A stretch of DNA of 64,000 nt from Myxococcales bacterium. Lineage in GTDB: Bacteria > Myxococcota_A > Polyangia > Fen-1088. The position numbers and the translations under genes are program-made. Shown here piece by piece: positions 63,978-64,000 of this stretch (its first letter is position 1; each line of letters begins with the position of its first letter). The notes beneath the pieces were generated by a model. It made no database searches. It worked only from the letters and a program-made list of their open reading frames with translations, and had not been told where the DNA came from. The stretch covers positions 687-64,686 of the forward strand of contig PMLB01000226.1 in the NCBI GenBank assembly GCA_003158735.1, read 5' to 3'.

Positions 63978-64000
63978 GAACCTATCTCCGTGAAAGGTGA

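Overview
This is a 64-kb, gene-dense, high-GC bacterial chromosome segment (GC judged by eye, not computed). It is probably from Myxococcota. That inference rests on MYXO-CTERM-type tails, AgmX/PglI-type C-terminal domains, and large paralogous families of TPR, Kelch and other beta-propeller lipoproteins. I support about 58 CDS, 2 gene remnants, and a few repeats and operators. I found no rRNA, tRNA, CRISPR array, transposase or integrase.

Gene order:
- An esterase-like gene fragment and envelope membrane proteins.
- A tandemly duplicated TPR-anchor plus Kelch-lipoprotein module.
- An EamA transporter and a tetrahaem peroxidase-like cytochrome.
- A Type II R-M pair wedged against a YfhO-like membrane protein.
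- A fibro-slime (PA14-like) lipoprotein.
- A 112-bp compound palindrome.
- A PLD nuclease and a DEDDh exonuclease flanking an AT-richer islet of unknown ORFs that ends in vapBC.
- rlpA, two OsmC-family genes and two tandem beta-propeller paralogs.
- A hybrid histidine kinase.
- Four tandem PL9-like beta-helix lyases with Gly/Thr stalks and MYXO-CTERM tails.
- An FkbO/XanB2-like RidA-superfamily protein.
- An orphan decahaem MtrC/OmcA-like lipoprotein.
- An AAA-ATPase/nuclease plus AlbA_2 (Schlafen-like) two-gene operon.
- An FG-GAP lipoprotein and the rfbBACD operon.
- A PAS histidine kinase, adk, a PPIase and glgP.
- A toxin-antitoxin cluster (mazF-type, vapBC, AbrB-type, RHH-type) punctuated by REP-like hairpins.

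Best candidates for something undescribed:
- The ATPase/AlbA_2 operon (46422-48958).
- The PLD/exonuclease/unknown-ORF islet (18844-22028).
- The orphan decahaem cytochrome.
- The fourfold MYXO-CTERM lyase array.

CDS coordinates follow the ORF track. I re-picked a start where a signal peptide, RBS or overlap argued for an internal one. Non-CDS coordinates were counted by hand and may be off by 1-2 nt. All family assignments come from motif recognition by eye; no searches were run.
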